Source of the DNA: Eledone cirrhosa
Lineage: Eukaryota
Length of the DNA stretch: 64,000 bases
Direction: 5' to 3'
NCBI GenBank assembly: GCA_964016885.1
Contig: OZ024740.1
Location: 181,102,001-181,166,000, forward strand
Below the pieces are notes generated by a model. That model saw nothing but the letters and a program-made list of their open reading frames with translations. It did no database searches and was not told the origin of the DNA. Shown piece after piece: positions 42,664-58,247 of this stretch; positions within the stretch are counted from its first letter, which is position 1; each line of letters begins with the position of its first letter. The translations under genes were made by a program, and so were the position numbers.

Positions 42664-42842
42664 TTCTCGAATTCACCATCCCGTTGTATAATTTCTGGTG
42701 TCATTTCTTATCACAAAGCACAGTTAGCTAATAAAATCCATGATATTTAAAATAATATAACGCAGGAAAATTTAGATGTATTTGGATAGCCGCACGTGAG
42801 TCCGACTTTAAAATATACTGTCGTGTAAATAAGTAATATATA

Positions 42843-43030
42843 CAGTGCGGTAGAGCGACGGACAGCACGCCTTGCTGCACATACTTATGACTTTCTGCGT
42901 TCTGAGCTCAAATTCAACATTGCCTTCCATAATTCCTTGTTCAATAAAATAAAGTACTATTTCACTACTGGGGTTGATACAATCAAATTTTCCGTCCATC
43001 AAATTGCTGAACATATGCCTAAATTATAAC
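42843..43030 (+). mobile_element. Degenerate SINE (related family)
   Basis: ttctgagctcaaattc...ataaaataaagtacta similarity to the 29909 copy. Confidence 0.55.
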
Positions 43031-43146
43031 AATATTACATCAATATACCATATGGTTAGCAGTAAAACGAATATATTGTATAACACCAAAGCTTGTAGTG
43101 CTGAGGTTATTTCGTGCTATGTAACTCTGACATACAATGAATTGCG

Positions 43147-43226
<80 letters not shown>

Positions 43227-43281
43227 GCACATGAATGAATGAAGGAGTTACAAGCCGTTAAAACAAGTTCTTTATATGCAT

Positions 43282-43320
43282 TTTACATAATGTTTCACCC
43301 ACACGGGCTCCTCAGTGAAA
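43282..43320 (-). ncRNA. Degenerate minimal hammerhead
   Basis: tttca CTGAGGA gccc-gtgt-gggt GAAA cat TA tgtaaa. Stems I and III are imperfect. Confidence 0.5.
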
Positions 43321-43332
43321 TAATTGTATATA

Positions 43333-43510
43333 TGATTGTTTCTACTTTTCGCCAGTGATTATCCCAGTGTATTACTGCTACTTTATTGTCTCGACCACGT
43401 AAGGATGAAAGGCACAGTTACCTCAGCGGGATTTCACCTCAGATCATAAAGGGCCGTAACTCTTTGCTGCAAAGCATGGAGTCCAACCCTCTACGATACT
43501 GCTAATCCAC
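43333..43510 (-). mobile_element. SINE (same family as 29909)
   Basis: gtaaggatgaaaggcacagtt...cgggattt...ctcagatc...aaagcatgg. Confidence 0.8.
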
Positions 43511-43529
43511 ATATTCAATAAGTATAAAT

Positions 43530-45000
43530 ACCGTTGAGAATATTTCCATTAGATTAACGTCTCTTTGCATGGTAAGCGAAAAAAAAAAGTAATAATGGAA
43601 AGGGGCCTAATCCACTAAGGGAGGCAACTGCACGGTGTAAGGCAGGAAAGTACCCTAACATATTTAATATGTCCCTACTAAAGCGATGGTTTAGCAGAGT
43701 GAGTCTAACTCAGTAGGTGATGGGCAGTGCTTAGGTAAAAATCAGGTGGCTATTTAATAGCGTCATTAAACACTGTACTTAGGCCTAATTATTGCAGGTG
43801 GACTAAATGGTGGTGTGATATAGATAGCTGTGGGGGATTGATATTATTACTGTTCTAGAGACTAGTTGTGGAACGAATGTTGTAGTCTGTGGTTGCAATT
43901 TATGACCGTTTCAGGCCGACTATTAATGTGTTCATTGAGTGTGCTTACTATATATGTTTCCATTAGGCACAGCTGGCAATTTTTCCTAACGTTGTGAGGT
44001 GTTTCTTGATCTATTATTTCCTATTGTGTGGTGTAGCTAATGTTAGATACAATTAAAAGTGTAATATAATTAGCAAGGGAAGTAGAGAACCTGAGATTCT
44101 TATTTCTAAAGGAGTGGAGATGCGATCTAAATCTAGTCTTGAACTCATTAGAAGTGTCGCTTATGTATGACATAGTGCTATTATTACTCGTTATGGTGCA
44201 TCTGTAGTTCACATTTCTAATCAAGCAGTGGCCCAGGAACGGGCAGTTATTGTGGTTTCGGAAATTGCAATGCTTTTTGTTGCTATTTCTAAAGTGGTAT
44301 GGTCCGCTGCTACCATTACTATTATCATTACCACTATCACCATTGTCATCATTATTGCCATTGGCATTATTACAGATATAGTTTTCCGACACGGTTTTAT
44401 TCCTGTTGTTCCTATTATGGCTCCCTCTACTGCTGTTGTTATCCTTGCTATAGTTCCTACGCAATAACTAGTTCCGCTATTAATTCTGCGGCTAGTCTCT
44501 ATAATGTTGATATTGTTGATGTTATTGCTATTACTTTCATTATTATCCTTGTTACTATTATTGCTAATATGGCTATCGGTATTGTCATGGTTATTAAGGT
44601 TGCCAGGTGTTCTAATGTTGACATTACAAGATGGTTTGTTTCTAGTGAGCTTCCTGTGGTTACTAAGTGCTATAATATCGGCTAAGTTACGTGTAGTAGA
44701 GTAAGACATTTTGACATTATTCTTGTTAAGTATCTTATGGTACCTATGGTTTGGTGGGAAGTTCTTCTCTAAGGCGTCGAAGAAGATTCTAGGTAAGTTT
44801 GAGGATACATTCTTAGAGTAGGGCGGGAAGGAAGCATATGACATTACGCCGGCGTTTCCGTGTTGCCGTTGTGTCAGTGTGGACGATTTTGCCCTGGTGG
44901 GTGTTTCTACTACGGCAGTTGGACTGCTGCCTGCTGCGTACACTGTTCTTATTAGTCCTATGTGTTCACCTATCCCCTGAGAGGCCGACCTGTTTTATGG
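43530..45000 (-). mobile_element. Penelope-like element 3' fragment (linker plus GIY-YIG), frameshifted
   Basis: LEKNFPPNHRYHKILNKNNVKMSYSTT (ORF 44221..44943) and CNFRNHNNCPFLGHCL..VNYRC...YISDT..FKTRFRSHLHSF (ORF 44021..44464). Same family type as the 36226 ORF. Confidence 0.88.
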
Positions 45001-48000
45001 TTTGGGTCGATTGTATTTATCTATATCTTATTTTTCACATGTTATTATTAATTTTTGAAAATACAATGCAATCATATGTATAAGTGGAGAAATGTTCTCT
45101 ATCGACGTCCAAATGAGATTAAATCTAATTATATACACTTCTTATGTTTCATTAAATATGATATTGTGTTTAAATCATAGATGTGTAGCAGTTATGTATG
45201 TGTCAAATTGCCCATTCGTGTTGTTCCATTATATCATTATGTAACAGAGTATTATATAAAAGTTTTCGCGTAAAATATTGTCATACATTTATAATTTCCA
45301 GAATGAATAATCCAATATCCAATACCCAATATTCTCTTTCATTTGTTTAATACTTATTGTTTCCAATTCTTTATCAAAGGCATTCTCAAATAAATTCATA
45401 AATGTATTATAATAAATCATTATTGCAGAATTCTATCCTTTAAATATTCGGATCAAAAGGCAATATGCAAATTAGGCATGCAAACTTCATATGAATACAA
45501 TGTGTCATTAAGCTTCTTGAACTTTAGAAAATAAAAAAGAAACATACAAACTTTCGGGATGTAGGATGAAATTTCAGTATGCTTATACATAACATGTAAA
45601 GTAATGAATCACATAAACAAATATATTATTCAGAGAAATATCTGATACATATATATGGAAAATACATAAATAACGAAGGGCCAGAATTGTCAATGTTGTA
45701 ACACTGTATATTGTTATTGTTGTAAATGTTGTAGATGAAGTACATATCCTCATTGTTATTGTTCATGATTATGCGTTTACGTACTGTTGTTAGGATTCCA
45801 GTTGGGGCTTTTTTTGCAAAATGTCAAGTCATATTCACTTTACAAAGAATCTACATTGTATATGTTTCTAGCATAAGAAATCGTTACAATATATACATAG
45901 AATTTGTTATCTTCAAAGAATTATGTCTTCTATTTACATTATATATATTAAAAAAAGTGTGAAAAAGCAAACACATATAACTATGATTCCATTAAATAAT
46001 ACATCAACAGAACACATGTACATAATATAATATGGCATAATATAATGAGTATAATATTAGTCACAATAGTGTGACAGTTATAGACTTCAAGATGCTGGAA
46101 AGTATAACATATGTTCAATTAATTATAATCTTGCATGTCAGCCTTATTGAGTAAGATAATTAAGAATGGCGCTCAAGTCATTATCGTTCTGATTTTTGTG
46201 AGCATAATTTATTAAGGATTACGTACGTTAAGATGAGAGTTTCGCCTTGTGTCGACTCTTGCTAGAAGGTCCGTGATCCCATTAAATGCTACTTTAGTTA
46301 TTGGTGAAAAATACATTACCAAAATACGGTGTGACTCACAGAAACCTGCCTTGAATGTTTCAGAAGGAAATGAAGTTTTACAACATTAGAGTGTGCTCGA
46401 ATATTTCAGTTAAAAATAAAATAGCTTGATCGTATTCTATTACATGTCTGTTCAGGAATATTTTATAGAAAAATTTACAAATGTCATCAAAGATGACATA
46501 TGCTTAAAAGTCACATATGACAATTAGTGTGCCATTGGATGAAAATACATTACTAATGTGAAAATCAGTATTACATTTAATATTCTTTTATTGAACGATT
46601 ATGGTTTTCATTTAAATTTCACCGCTTACCAACATTCATTCACTTTTTAAGGGCATTTTCACCTCAAATGAATCTATCCTCAATTCTTTGCCATACTATT
46701 AATTATGACGAACCGTAGCAATAAGCTTTGTGCTAGCAGGAAGCTCTTACTCTGTAGAAGAATTACATACGAACATTTATTGTTATGTAATATCTTGAAA
46801 TTAAGATGTATACCTGTATAGTAATATAACTATTTCTGAAAATATCAATATTTCTGAAAATAAGTTTGCCAACATTTTAATGTATTATGTATTATAACTA
46901 TTTTAAAAACTATGTAGTAATGTTGAGTGCATACAGTTTCTTTTCTATAATATTCTGGATAAGTAACTAGATTTGGATATATTTTGTTATTTATGCGTGG
47001 AGTACGTAAATATAATTTCGTGAATAACGCATTTAAAACGATTTTGTTGTAATTTCTGAATACTATAAAATGATGCACTTTGCAAGGTTTTAATGATTTG
47101 GTCTCATAGAAAATGATTGAATTTCAACCGAAATATATTGTTTTTCGTTTACTTTTTATATCAGGGACAGATGGCACCTTAACAACTATCTTTCGTTGAT
47201 TAACAAGGCTGAAAATACTTCAGGAGAAATTAATACCAAATGGCTCCATTTGGTGCTAGGTGACTTCTAATTAGTAATTATTCATTGAATGATTAATTTT
47301 ATCTTTAAGGAGAGAGTGATTACTACAGTGTAATAACTGCAATTGCCAAAAGAATGTGTTTAAGAGCTTCTTTCTATTAGAGACTTATTTTCAACACTAT
47401 AGCTATACTCGCTAATTTAAAAATTAGGCTTTATTTTTTATTCTAATCACCTCCTGTTGACATATAGCTTTAATAATTGTTTTGTATTAAATCATTTTAC
47501 CGTAGTACATTTAATCATGTAAGGTGAGATGATTTTGCTTCATTTTCTCTTTTTGGCATTTCTTTTATATAATATATTCGATTAATTATTATCTTAATCG
47601 CCATTGCTTGTTTCTTCCGTAGTAGTAAATCAGTTGACTGCGGAAGACAATTAGGTTAATGTCAGCATTAAAACTGTTACATTATTTTTATTGGACTGGT
47701 GTTTCACCTTATTACATTAAACGTTACAAATACTTCCTAGGTATTACTTCAATGATTCATTCAGGAACATTCCTAAAACGGTCAAATGACTGCTTCAGGT
47801 CTGACATTATATCATTAGTTGTTAATTTTCAGATATTTCTCAAACGACTAAAGGGTTGTTACTCCGTTATGGAGGATGCACTTCGACACCACATGACCTG
47901 CTCATACCACACCCATATTTGTACGTTAGTTATAGGCGTTCTGAAAAAATCAAGGCATTCTTTATCTTTATTGTATTCAGAAAGAACATCTGTTCGAAAG

Positions 48001-48010
48001 ATATCGTGTC

Positions 48011-48800
48011 TATGACACTGTCATAGACATTGTGCAATCTAGTAAATGTAAAATTTACTGCAATGAATTGTATCTCTTCATAATATATATTAGATAGCTT
48101 CATTTATTTTTATCTTAGTAATTATATATGTATATGTGCCTATTTTGCTTATTCTCTTTCTGATATAGGCAGATAGCGTAGATTCATTTGATGCACAGTG
48201 TAGTGTATCACAGACTTAGTACCACAAATTACAAACACACACAATATAGAGAATGATATGAGAGGGGTAATCGTTAATGCTCCCTATAAATAAGATAATT
48301 AACACTTACTGTTATTCATATATATCTTCGAAAGTGTATATTCCAATTCAATATTGTAGTTTCCAAGCACATTTGAACAGTATTATACATCAGCGATATC
48401 ATATATTCCACTTCCTATAGCCTTAGGAAATGGATAATAATTATTTCTACATTTGGCACAAGGCCAGCGCATTACTGGTACTTTATTTTATCGACTCCGT
48501 AAGGATGAAAGGCAAAGTTAACCTTGGCGGGATTTGAACTCAGACCGTAAATGGCCGTAACTCTATCCTGCAAATCATGGCGTCCGACACTCTACCGATA
48601 CTGCCAATCCACCACCCTAATGAACACCTGTGCGCAATATGCTGTGCCAATGACACTGTCATAGACATTGTACAATCTGGCAAATGTAAGATTTACTGCT
48701 ATAAATTGCATCTCCTCATAATATATATGAGCTTGCTTTATTTATTTGTATCTTAGTAATTATATATGTGTATTTATGTGTCTATTTTGATTATTCTGAT
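48011..48800. repeat. Diverged ~145-bp direct duplication (48011..48157 and 48650..48797)
   Basis: atgacactgtcatagacattgt...cttagtaattatatatg occurs twice, 639 bp apart. Confidence 0.8.
48438..48615 (-). mobile_element. SINE (same family as 29909)
   Basis: ggcacaaggccagc...tatcgactccgtaaggatgaaaggcaaagt...gggatttgaactcag. Confidence 0.85.
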
Positions 48801-50160
48801 ACTGGTTACAATTATTAGGCTGCATCTACAATCAAGGAAATGGATAATAATGAGGAACTCTTATAAGCAGATGGCGGATCTCCCATTTTGTAATATGTTG
48901 TTTGAATGTTCGAAGTGATTAAATTCGTGAAACAATGAATTTGATTCGTAAATAGGAAACCAAATCCATGAATTTTAATTGATGAAACTGTGTAACTGTA
49001 GAAAACGAGAAATAGACGAAATATATTGTAAAGATGTATTATTAATTTGCTCTCTAAACGTGTATGTGCGTGCATGTGTGTCTGCAGGATATGCGTATCT
49101 TTGTGTATGCATGTGTATATACATGTATGTATGTATATTCTAATGTACAAATATATCAGAGCTATCACAAAAGATATCATCAGTAGAAAAAGAATGGAAT
49201 AAACAACTGAATGTTTCAAAGTTCATATACGGTCATTCGCATGGCATTGTATTTCTGATTAAGATACATATTGCATTATACAAATCCCCAAGTGCCTTGA
49301 CAGGGATTTACTCGGTAGAAAACGGCAGAGTGGTTCTCTTACAATGAATTGACGAGAGGTGAGGTCCGGAGATCCTGAAGACATCAGTAGCCTAAATCAA
49401 ATAAACTGAAATAAGCCAACAATATAGCTTTTTATACACACTCAACATATTAGAAATAGTTGCAAAATCTCATTCAAAAGACACACTACTCTATTTCAGG
49501 AGATTAGAACCCGTCGGAAAGTAGTTGTGATATATAATCTGAATAAATGAAAGATAATTATTGATCTGTGATTAAGTAAAAGAAGAAACACTTTTAACTG
49601 CATTGTTAAACTTACGCCAGAGTTTAGGTATATAAAACAAAATATTATCTCTTTTCTTAAATCCCCCCAAATATATTTCATGAAATAAAGACACTTACGT
49701 GTTAAATTTGCTGAAAACTAGCAAGTTATATTTTTGATGTCTGCGGTATGCAAATATAAATTCTGGAGGTTGATTAATTTCACTTCCGAATAAGTTATCA
49801 TATTTATGTAACATAAAATACGATTACATTTTGAATAAACGATCATCTAAACATCTGCAATATAATGAATATGATGTGATTTCTCCTAGCAGCACAACAG
49901 TGTCTTTTCAGTTCTGTAATATACATGATTAACCTTAAATTTATTATTCCGCGCAAGAAATTCATAATCTACTTCTTCATATAAAAGTTAACAATTCCAA
50001 ACTGTCAAACATTTGTTTGCAGGGAAATGAAAATGCCATATGACGAATGGGCAATTACCCAAACATACATTCGCACATGCACACACACATGGACACACAC
50101 ATATATATATATACACTCTCTCTCTTACACACACGCACACATACACACCCACACGAGCAC

Positions 50161-50255
<95 letters not shown>

Positions 50256-52517
50256 AGTAAAAATATCCAAGATATAGAGCGGCTCATGTCTGTAGGGCAA
50301 CTCTGAATATAATTATTTAGGCCAGTTACTACAACGGCGCATAAGCAGTAACGTTCATTTCGTTAAATCTGAGGACCAGCTTTTACAAACTGTGACGATG
50401 AAAATGCACCGAAATATGTTTACTCAAAACGGAAAATACAGAAAAGACAGCACCAAATAAAGATGATATATTCTGGAGAGCCGAGGGGAAACAATTTGTC
50501 TGAACAGTCATGAACACACACTAAATAAATTAATAATTATGAGAGAGCTAGAAAAAAGCGATAAATTAAGAAAGAGATAAATCGATAATCATGAGTTCAG
50601 TTTTTACAACGTGAAACCATCACAAGAAGAACTCGGTACGCGGGTTAACTAGTTTGTAATTGTTGTAGCGATTTTTCTAAATCAACTACATCTCGTCATA
50701 ACATAATCTACAGAACTTGAGCCCATTTATACGTGGTCGACGTTGTTGCAGTATCGTCCATTTCGTTGAGAATTTTGTTCTTGCCTTTGAGTTGCAATAT
50801 TTGCCAAATTTCTGGTGTTTCTTTTCTTAGGGTAACCTAAAGTAGTTTTGTGATTAAAGAAGAACATTTTATACCAACTCACTGACATACCAACCTATTA
50901 CCAGACCCAGAATTGTCCATCAAATGGAAGACCTGGAAAAACCTCGACCCAATGAAATATGTGTTTGAACTTGTAAACGCATACACCGAAAGACATTTTC
51001 AAATATATGTCTTCGAAAATTGATTTGTTTCCCGTTCCTACTTCCTCTAATGAACCAGATTCATAATATGTGCCTCAGTGTCTGTGTAATATCCTTTTTA
51101 CGCGATTTCGACGTCATAAAGCCTCGACTGGGCTTCATCTAGCGGACCACATGATTTCGTCACATAATTTGAATTTCGTTCTCATCCCTTACTTTTCTAT
51201 ATTTCTTGATACTCTGTTGCTGCAAACCATTTAAACTTGAAAACGGTGCATTTGTGTTATCACAAGTAAACAACTAGAACACCACCGCAAGAAAAATAAT
51301 AAATTCTACCCTTGTCACAAAATTTGTGAGAATGGGTCAGTCGATTAACTCAACATAATTAGCTGATTGATACATGATATTTTCGATATCAGAAGTTGGA
51401 AAGTAAAGTCTCAGCTCAGTCACAAGGAGACACAACAAATGAACACACAGCAATATAAGTCGCACAGGTTGACCAAACAAACATAATGTGGATTATGCCA
51501 ATCCAGTGAAACAGTATTCAACTCAACGATATTATTAACAAAAACAAACTAGGCAAAAGATGTGTTTCGTAAGAGAAATTTCAATTTGTATGCGATGTTT
51601 TATATTTCGGTAGATCAATACACTTACGTATATAGAGTAATTATCTGTCTTTTCAATATGAAAATAATATAAATTACATCATATAGCATGATCACCAAAT
51701 TAATACAACTACTTTCGCCAGTAATGTGATATAAAAGAAATCGTGTTTGTTTTATTACATATATGTCATCATTGTAATTATTATTCATTCCTATGGAATA
51801 CACAATGGGTTCGGCGAATTAACACTAGATTGAACTGGTTATATTTAAAACTCCAGAGATCACACATTTACGTGGAATTCAGAACCTAAGGCTTAGAAGT
51901 GAATCCGTCACGTAGTTTATTAGTTCTGTTTCATAACAAACGTGTATTCAGACTCCCTGCTGTGTATAATGGATAACAATTAATAAAAGCATGTTTATTA
52001 AGGCGTCGTGACTCCTCACATTATAAGCACTGTTTGAATGTATTAGTAACATTTATTAATAATGTGACTTGATCAAATCAATTTCACTATGTTCTACATT
52101 TTAGCGTATAGTATGTCTTATTCAGGTTCCTTTGATTATAGGCCATCGTGTTTCATAACCAGCCATACAATTAATTAATTAACTTATTAGTGCTAAACAG
52201 ACAGCGGAAATAGACTGTCACAGGATGATATATCATATATATATATACACATATATATAAATTTACACACACACACACCCACACACACACGTGTATATAT
52301 ACAGGGCCTTTCATAAAATTTGGTATTAATGGCCTGTGACCAAGGTTGTCATAATAAGATATATGTTTGTAAACTAGTGTTATATTTTTTTACGAATATT
52401 GCGGAATGAATATCATGAGATCACCATTAATCCTGGTCAGTCACGTTTACCTGGACGTTGTAGTTTATGAAATATTGACATATCAAACGATATTAAATTG
52501 TTTTAAATACCCTAAGT

Positions 52518-52557
<40 letters not shown>

Positions 52558-52558
52558 T

Positions 52559-52597
<39 letters not shown>

Positions 52598-55019
52598 ATG
52601 CAAAAGGCAAACATAAATAAAAATTAAACGACGCACTACAACGAAGTAATATGTTATACGTTTTACGCTTGATATAGTAGGAAAAGAGTCGTAAGCTTTT
52701 CAGACGATATTCCTCCATCAGAAGAAATATTGAGAAATTAAAGAAGAAATAGAATGATTGAGGAGAAGAACAGGACGGAAACGGAAAACTAATTGTTAGA
52801 GAAAAATAACAGGCGTCTGTTGGCAGAACAAGAAATAAACAAACACACTATATATAGGAAAACGTTCTTTAAATACACAGACGTGTATATATATTTGATG
52901 ATTACTTGAAAGCAAACTAATAATTTGTTTTCATATAAACACTACTGAACATTCCGGTCATGAGGTAAATAACATATTAATGGCCATCATTTCTCATCAG
53001 TTATCTTCTCACATAATCCGCCCGTTAGTGATACATGCGTGCGACAAATGAGACTGTATATAATCCATGCATAACCAGCATAAAACGCCACAGTAAATTC
53101 TCAGTGACAAGAGAAATGAATATTCGGAAACGGCATAAAAAACAGGTATTACGCCATTATGCATCAGATTTTTAAAATGATTTGATCGATGTACTTATGT
53201 ATGAAACGATCAAGCCTGGGGGATACGTACGTGTGCAAGTGCGATAACGAAATGTCTATTTCCTCTCTCGATTTGAACTTAACATACATTTTTTCTAGGA
53301 AGAAGAGAGAATGAGATGAAGAAATAGATATAGCGAATGGATCAACCCCGATACAGGTGTATTCTTCATTCTTGAAAGAATGGAATTCAAAATCACCTTC
53401 GCCGGGATTTGAACTCGGACAGTGTAGGGAGGAGCAACCAATACCAGAAAGATTTCTACACTGTTCTACGATGTTTTAATGTATCTGCCTATTCCCTGAT
53501 AGCTTTAAATTATGCTCCCTCTATATATTAATTATCCGTTAAAGCATTTTCTCTAGCTATGATGTCATCTTATGTCCTATTAGAAATATCACAATTATAT
53601 AATTATTAAACAACCATTTTGTTTACAACAACACATTTATTAGAGATAAGAATACCCCTTGGAGTAGGTTCTATTTATGTAGGCTAGATTTTCTAATGAC
53701 TTCGACTATCAGAATTATGAAAAGTAACTCCTTGACTAAGTGAGAATAGAATTTCAAAATAATTTTTTTATATTTTACATGTGGAATGCCCCAGCAAAAT
53801 GTATGTAGATTATTCACTAAGTTGATCGGTTTGCTGTGTAAAGAATCATGTTTGTGTCATGAATATTGTGTGAATGTTGAGTTTTCAGGAATGTCAACAC
53901 TTTCATTTGAACTACTCTCGTTATATGATAACCCAAATTTCTCTGAGGTATCACCTGGCGTGGCTAAGACACTAGATTCTACAATCTCTACTAAACTACT
54001 GAGAAGATGAATGTGACCCTATTTTAGAATTGATTCCACTATTTCAACTTCATGAACCAAAATGATGTTGTTATTACAAATGAGTTTCATCAACCAAAGC
54101 TTACAGGGTGACAAAAATCAGGCTGGCGAATATTGATCTTGAGCTGCCTTTGATGAACGGTTAAAACATTTTCATGAAATATCGCATTTTGGTGGTGTAG
54201 AAAGCAACGAAATGATCAAATTCAAGGTATGAAATAAATCAGAATATGAGGAAACTTCAATATATATTTCAGTTTTTTTTAAGATTTCATACGTTTATTT
54301 ATAATTCTGCCACCCAAAGCCCACACTGATGAAATGTGAAGTCACAGATTTTGAAATGGTTTCTGAATATACGAAAGGCATGCGAAATTCAGAAGAAAAA
54401 TTGTATTCGAACATTAGGAATTGAAAATTAAATATGTCCAGTCCAGCCTCGAATCTCTAATCATTAAGATCTCTGTAGCATTACACACCCGATAATTAAA
54501 CTTTTTTTCTATTAGTTGTATTTTAATTTATGGTTATAGGAATTGGGATTTGTGGTTTTGTTGTTAGTTTAGAAATAATAATTTCCAGCAGAATCGAAAT
54601 TCAATGAATTAGACTATAGTATCAAAATCTGTACTTAATCAAAATGAAGTCAGAACAAAAAGAACGGGAAGGAATGCTACGAATCAATTAGGCAGATCAT
54701 TTTCCGATTCTACCAATCCAACGCTCTTTATTATAGAAATAAGCAATATATTTGAAAGTATATAAACCTTCAAATGTCGGTTAGTATTCCGGTTATTGTT
54801 ATTTTCAATAAATGTATCAAACATCCCACAGCTAAAATTGTAGCACTCACTGATGAAATTACGTTATATACATATACTTATTAAACAAATCAAAAACATA
54901 GACATACACATATACGCACGCATATATTGAGCCTGCCATACATACAACCACCAACAAAACATCCACTCACATTCTGACAATCACTTATTTCTTCAACAGA
55001 TTAAATATACTACAGCCTA

Positions 55020-55432
<413 letters not shown>

Positions 55433-55982
55433 AGTTAATCAAATAACAAGGCTATTTTGCAGTAATTTCCATTCATGTAACAATTCTAAATATAATACTT
55501 TATGTAAATTTGTGTCTGGATACTAAAACATTTTACAATTATCGAGAACAATTTGTGTTCGGTCAAACGGTTGTTTATTGATTTCAGTAAAGCTTATACA
55601 GCACATGTCGAAGAAATTTTCAAAACTATTAAAGACAATTGATACATTTACAATGATGTTCAGCTTTAAACACCAAACGAAGTACTGATTATATGAAATA
55701 CCAAAGTTGATGTAATTATGATTATCATAATTGACACGATACAGCGCACATATTCCGCTAGTTTTTCTTAAAACAATCTTCATTATGATATTGTTTGCGA
55801 CGTAATTCACTCTTTGATTACGTAAAACAAAGATCATCAATTGATTTTAAATATATATATAAATTTCCATCTTTAACATAACGTCTATAAAATACACACA
55901 CACACAAACACACACACACACGCACACACACACATAGACACACACACACATACACACACACACACACGCATACACACACACG

Positions 55983-56013
<31 letters not shown>

Positions 56014-58182
56014 TTTATTCAAACAATTTTACAATCGTGCAGTCTACACTAACCTGACGTCTAGTAAAGAATGTTCAATACTAATACAAGAAACTGACTA
56101 ACTTCGTTGGTCTCAGTATCATGCTGTCAGTAAATTCAAAAGTGTGGCCCACTAACAGATTCTTATTTTCTCCTAGTTTAAAACGAGTTATTTATATAAC
56201 ATTTAATGAAAATGCTATTGTATTCTTTATATGAGTATTGCATCTTCCTGAAACCACTGTCGCTTCATTTACTCTAATTAAACTGGGGTTGTGTATTTCC
56301 AGATAAATATAGATACAGATTCCTCGATTTCGGAAAACCATACACAATTTCCGCAGCAGAATAAGATTTCCCTTATGTCAATGTGCTCAATACAAAAATA
56401 CATAGCGGTACAAGACGCAAATGCATTTCTAATATTTGTTACAAATATAATTTTGGTCCAAATTACATTTATATATATACTATTATATCAACATAAATAT
56501 ACTTCGCAATATTACCATCTTTTCTCCCAAGTAACTTAAACAGTCACTATATAATCATGGTAACTTTGCTTGCTTTATTAATTGTTTTATGAATAATACT
56601 TACTGTGGTATATCAGAAACGGATGAAATAAGAAGATCAAAGTTTAATTTATAGCAAATTACTTAAATATGTTCAGGATCTATTTAACAAGATATATGCG
56701 TTCAATAGATTTATGGATTGCGCAAATCACACATTTAATTACAAGGAACAATATTTATAATAGAAAGACTTTCATGCATACATAACAACACAATTGTGTT
56801 TAAATATCGGTGGTATATTAGTCAGGTATATTCAAATAGTTAAAACATATATCAGGAAAATGTCCTTGATTATATTTTGTATAAGTTTAGTTAGTCACTA
56901 ATAGTTGATCCACTAACTGTTAGTGAATCAAATATTTGTTTAAATGGAATGGTGAAGGATGCGGATCAAAGACAAAGACATGTCACAGTTTTGCTTTAAT
57001 CAAGGCACTAACACGTGCATCTGATTTATTCTATGAATATTCTGGATTTCTGCTCTTTTATACATAGAAATTACCATTGATCGAAATAATTTAATATATC
57101 TGAATTATATTCTGATCACTTTTATGATAGATGCATTTTATTCTTTATTGTGTGATAAGTATTAAGATGAGCTATCTCAAGCAATTGTGTGTCTATTATC
57201 TAGTATATATGTTAATATAGATCTGCCTCTCAGGTAATATTTAGTGACTAAAATAAAGCTCAATGAATCCCACCAAAGAGGTATGCAAGTGAAATCATGA
57301 GTTTAATTAGTGTAGACATGAATCGCGCTTATATAACAGAGAATTTATTTGATGAAACCTCTTCATTAAAATCTACTATTTAAGCTATCAGATATTAAGT
57401 CAATAAAGAGCATCTATATTTTGTTTTGCATAATCCATTTGATAGCAAAAAGTGTAGTTAAGGAATTATTCCAATGTTCCAATGTATTCCAGCTACTGAA
57501 ATTGTCTCCAAATGCAGATACCCTTTTCTTCTCTAACGATGTAGAGTTATGGATTGATATAGTTTCCACGCTCAGTTTATATTTCAGCATTTGTACATTT
57601 TTAAGAATGCTATTTCTATAGACAAAGGAAATGATTGCCAGATATCTAAAGCATGTTCCTACATTGTTCTCAATTTTGACATGTTTTGTCAGTTCCGTAG
57701 TATGTGAATTTCATAACAGAGGTATTTTAATGATTATATATTTCACGAACATTTTTTACGAACACATGATATATCTTAGATTCATATCCAAAGCTATTTC
57801 AAAATATATGTGTTTTCTTCTACAATTATTCCCTGGGATAACTGTCAAGTACTCACTTAAGTCGGTCTTTTATAAATGAAAAACATTGTTGTCTCTGATC
57901 GAGACGATGGGAAGGTGTATTTGAATACATATAGAAATGATAAAACACATCGCTAGAAGAGCCGTTCAAACAATGAAATGTATTCAAAGACAGCGATGGG
58001 CAAACATGCCTCTGAGGACAGAGAAAGGCGGCGAGTGGTTGACACAGAGAGACAATACATGAAGTGGGTGACAGGGGAATGAAACAGAGAACTTTGAAAG
58101 ACGAGGAGGACGAGAAGAATTGTGTTGACGCACAGAAATATGCGGAAGAAAGAAAATAAAGAGAGGCAATGCAAAATATAGG

Positions 58183-58247
<65 letters not shown>

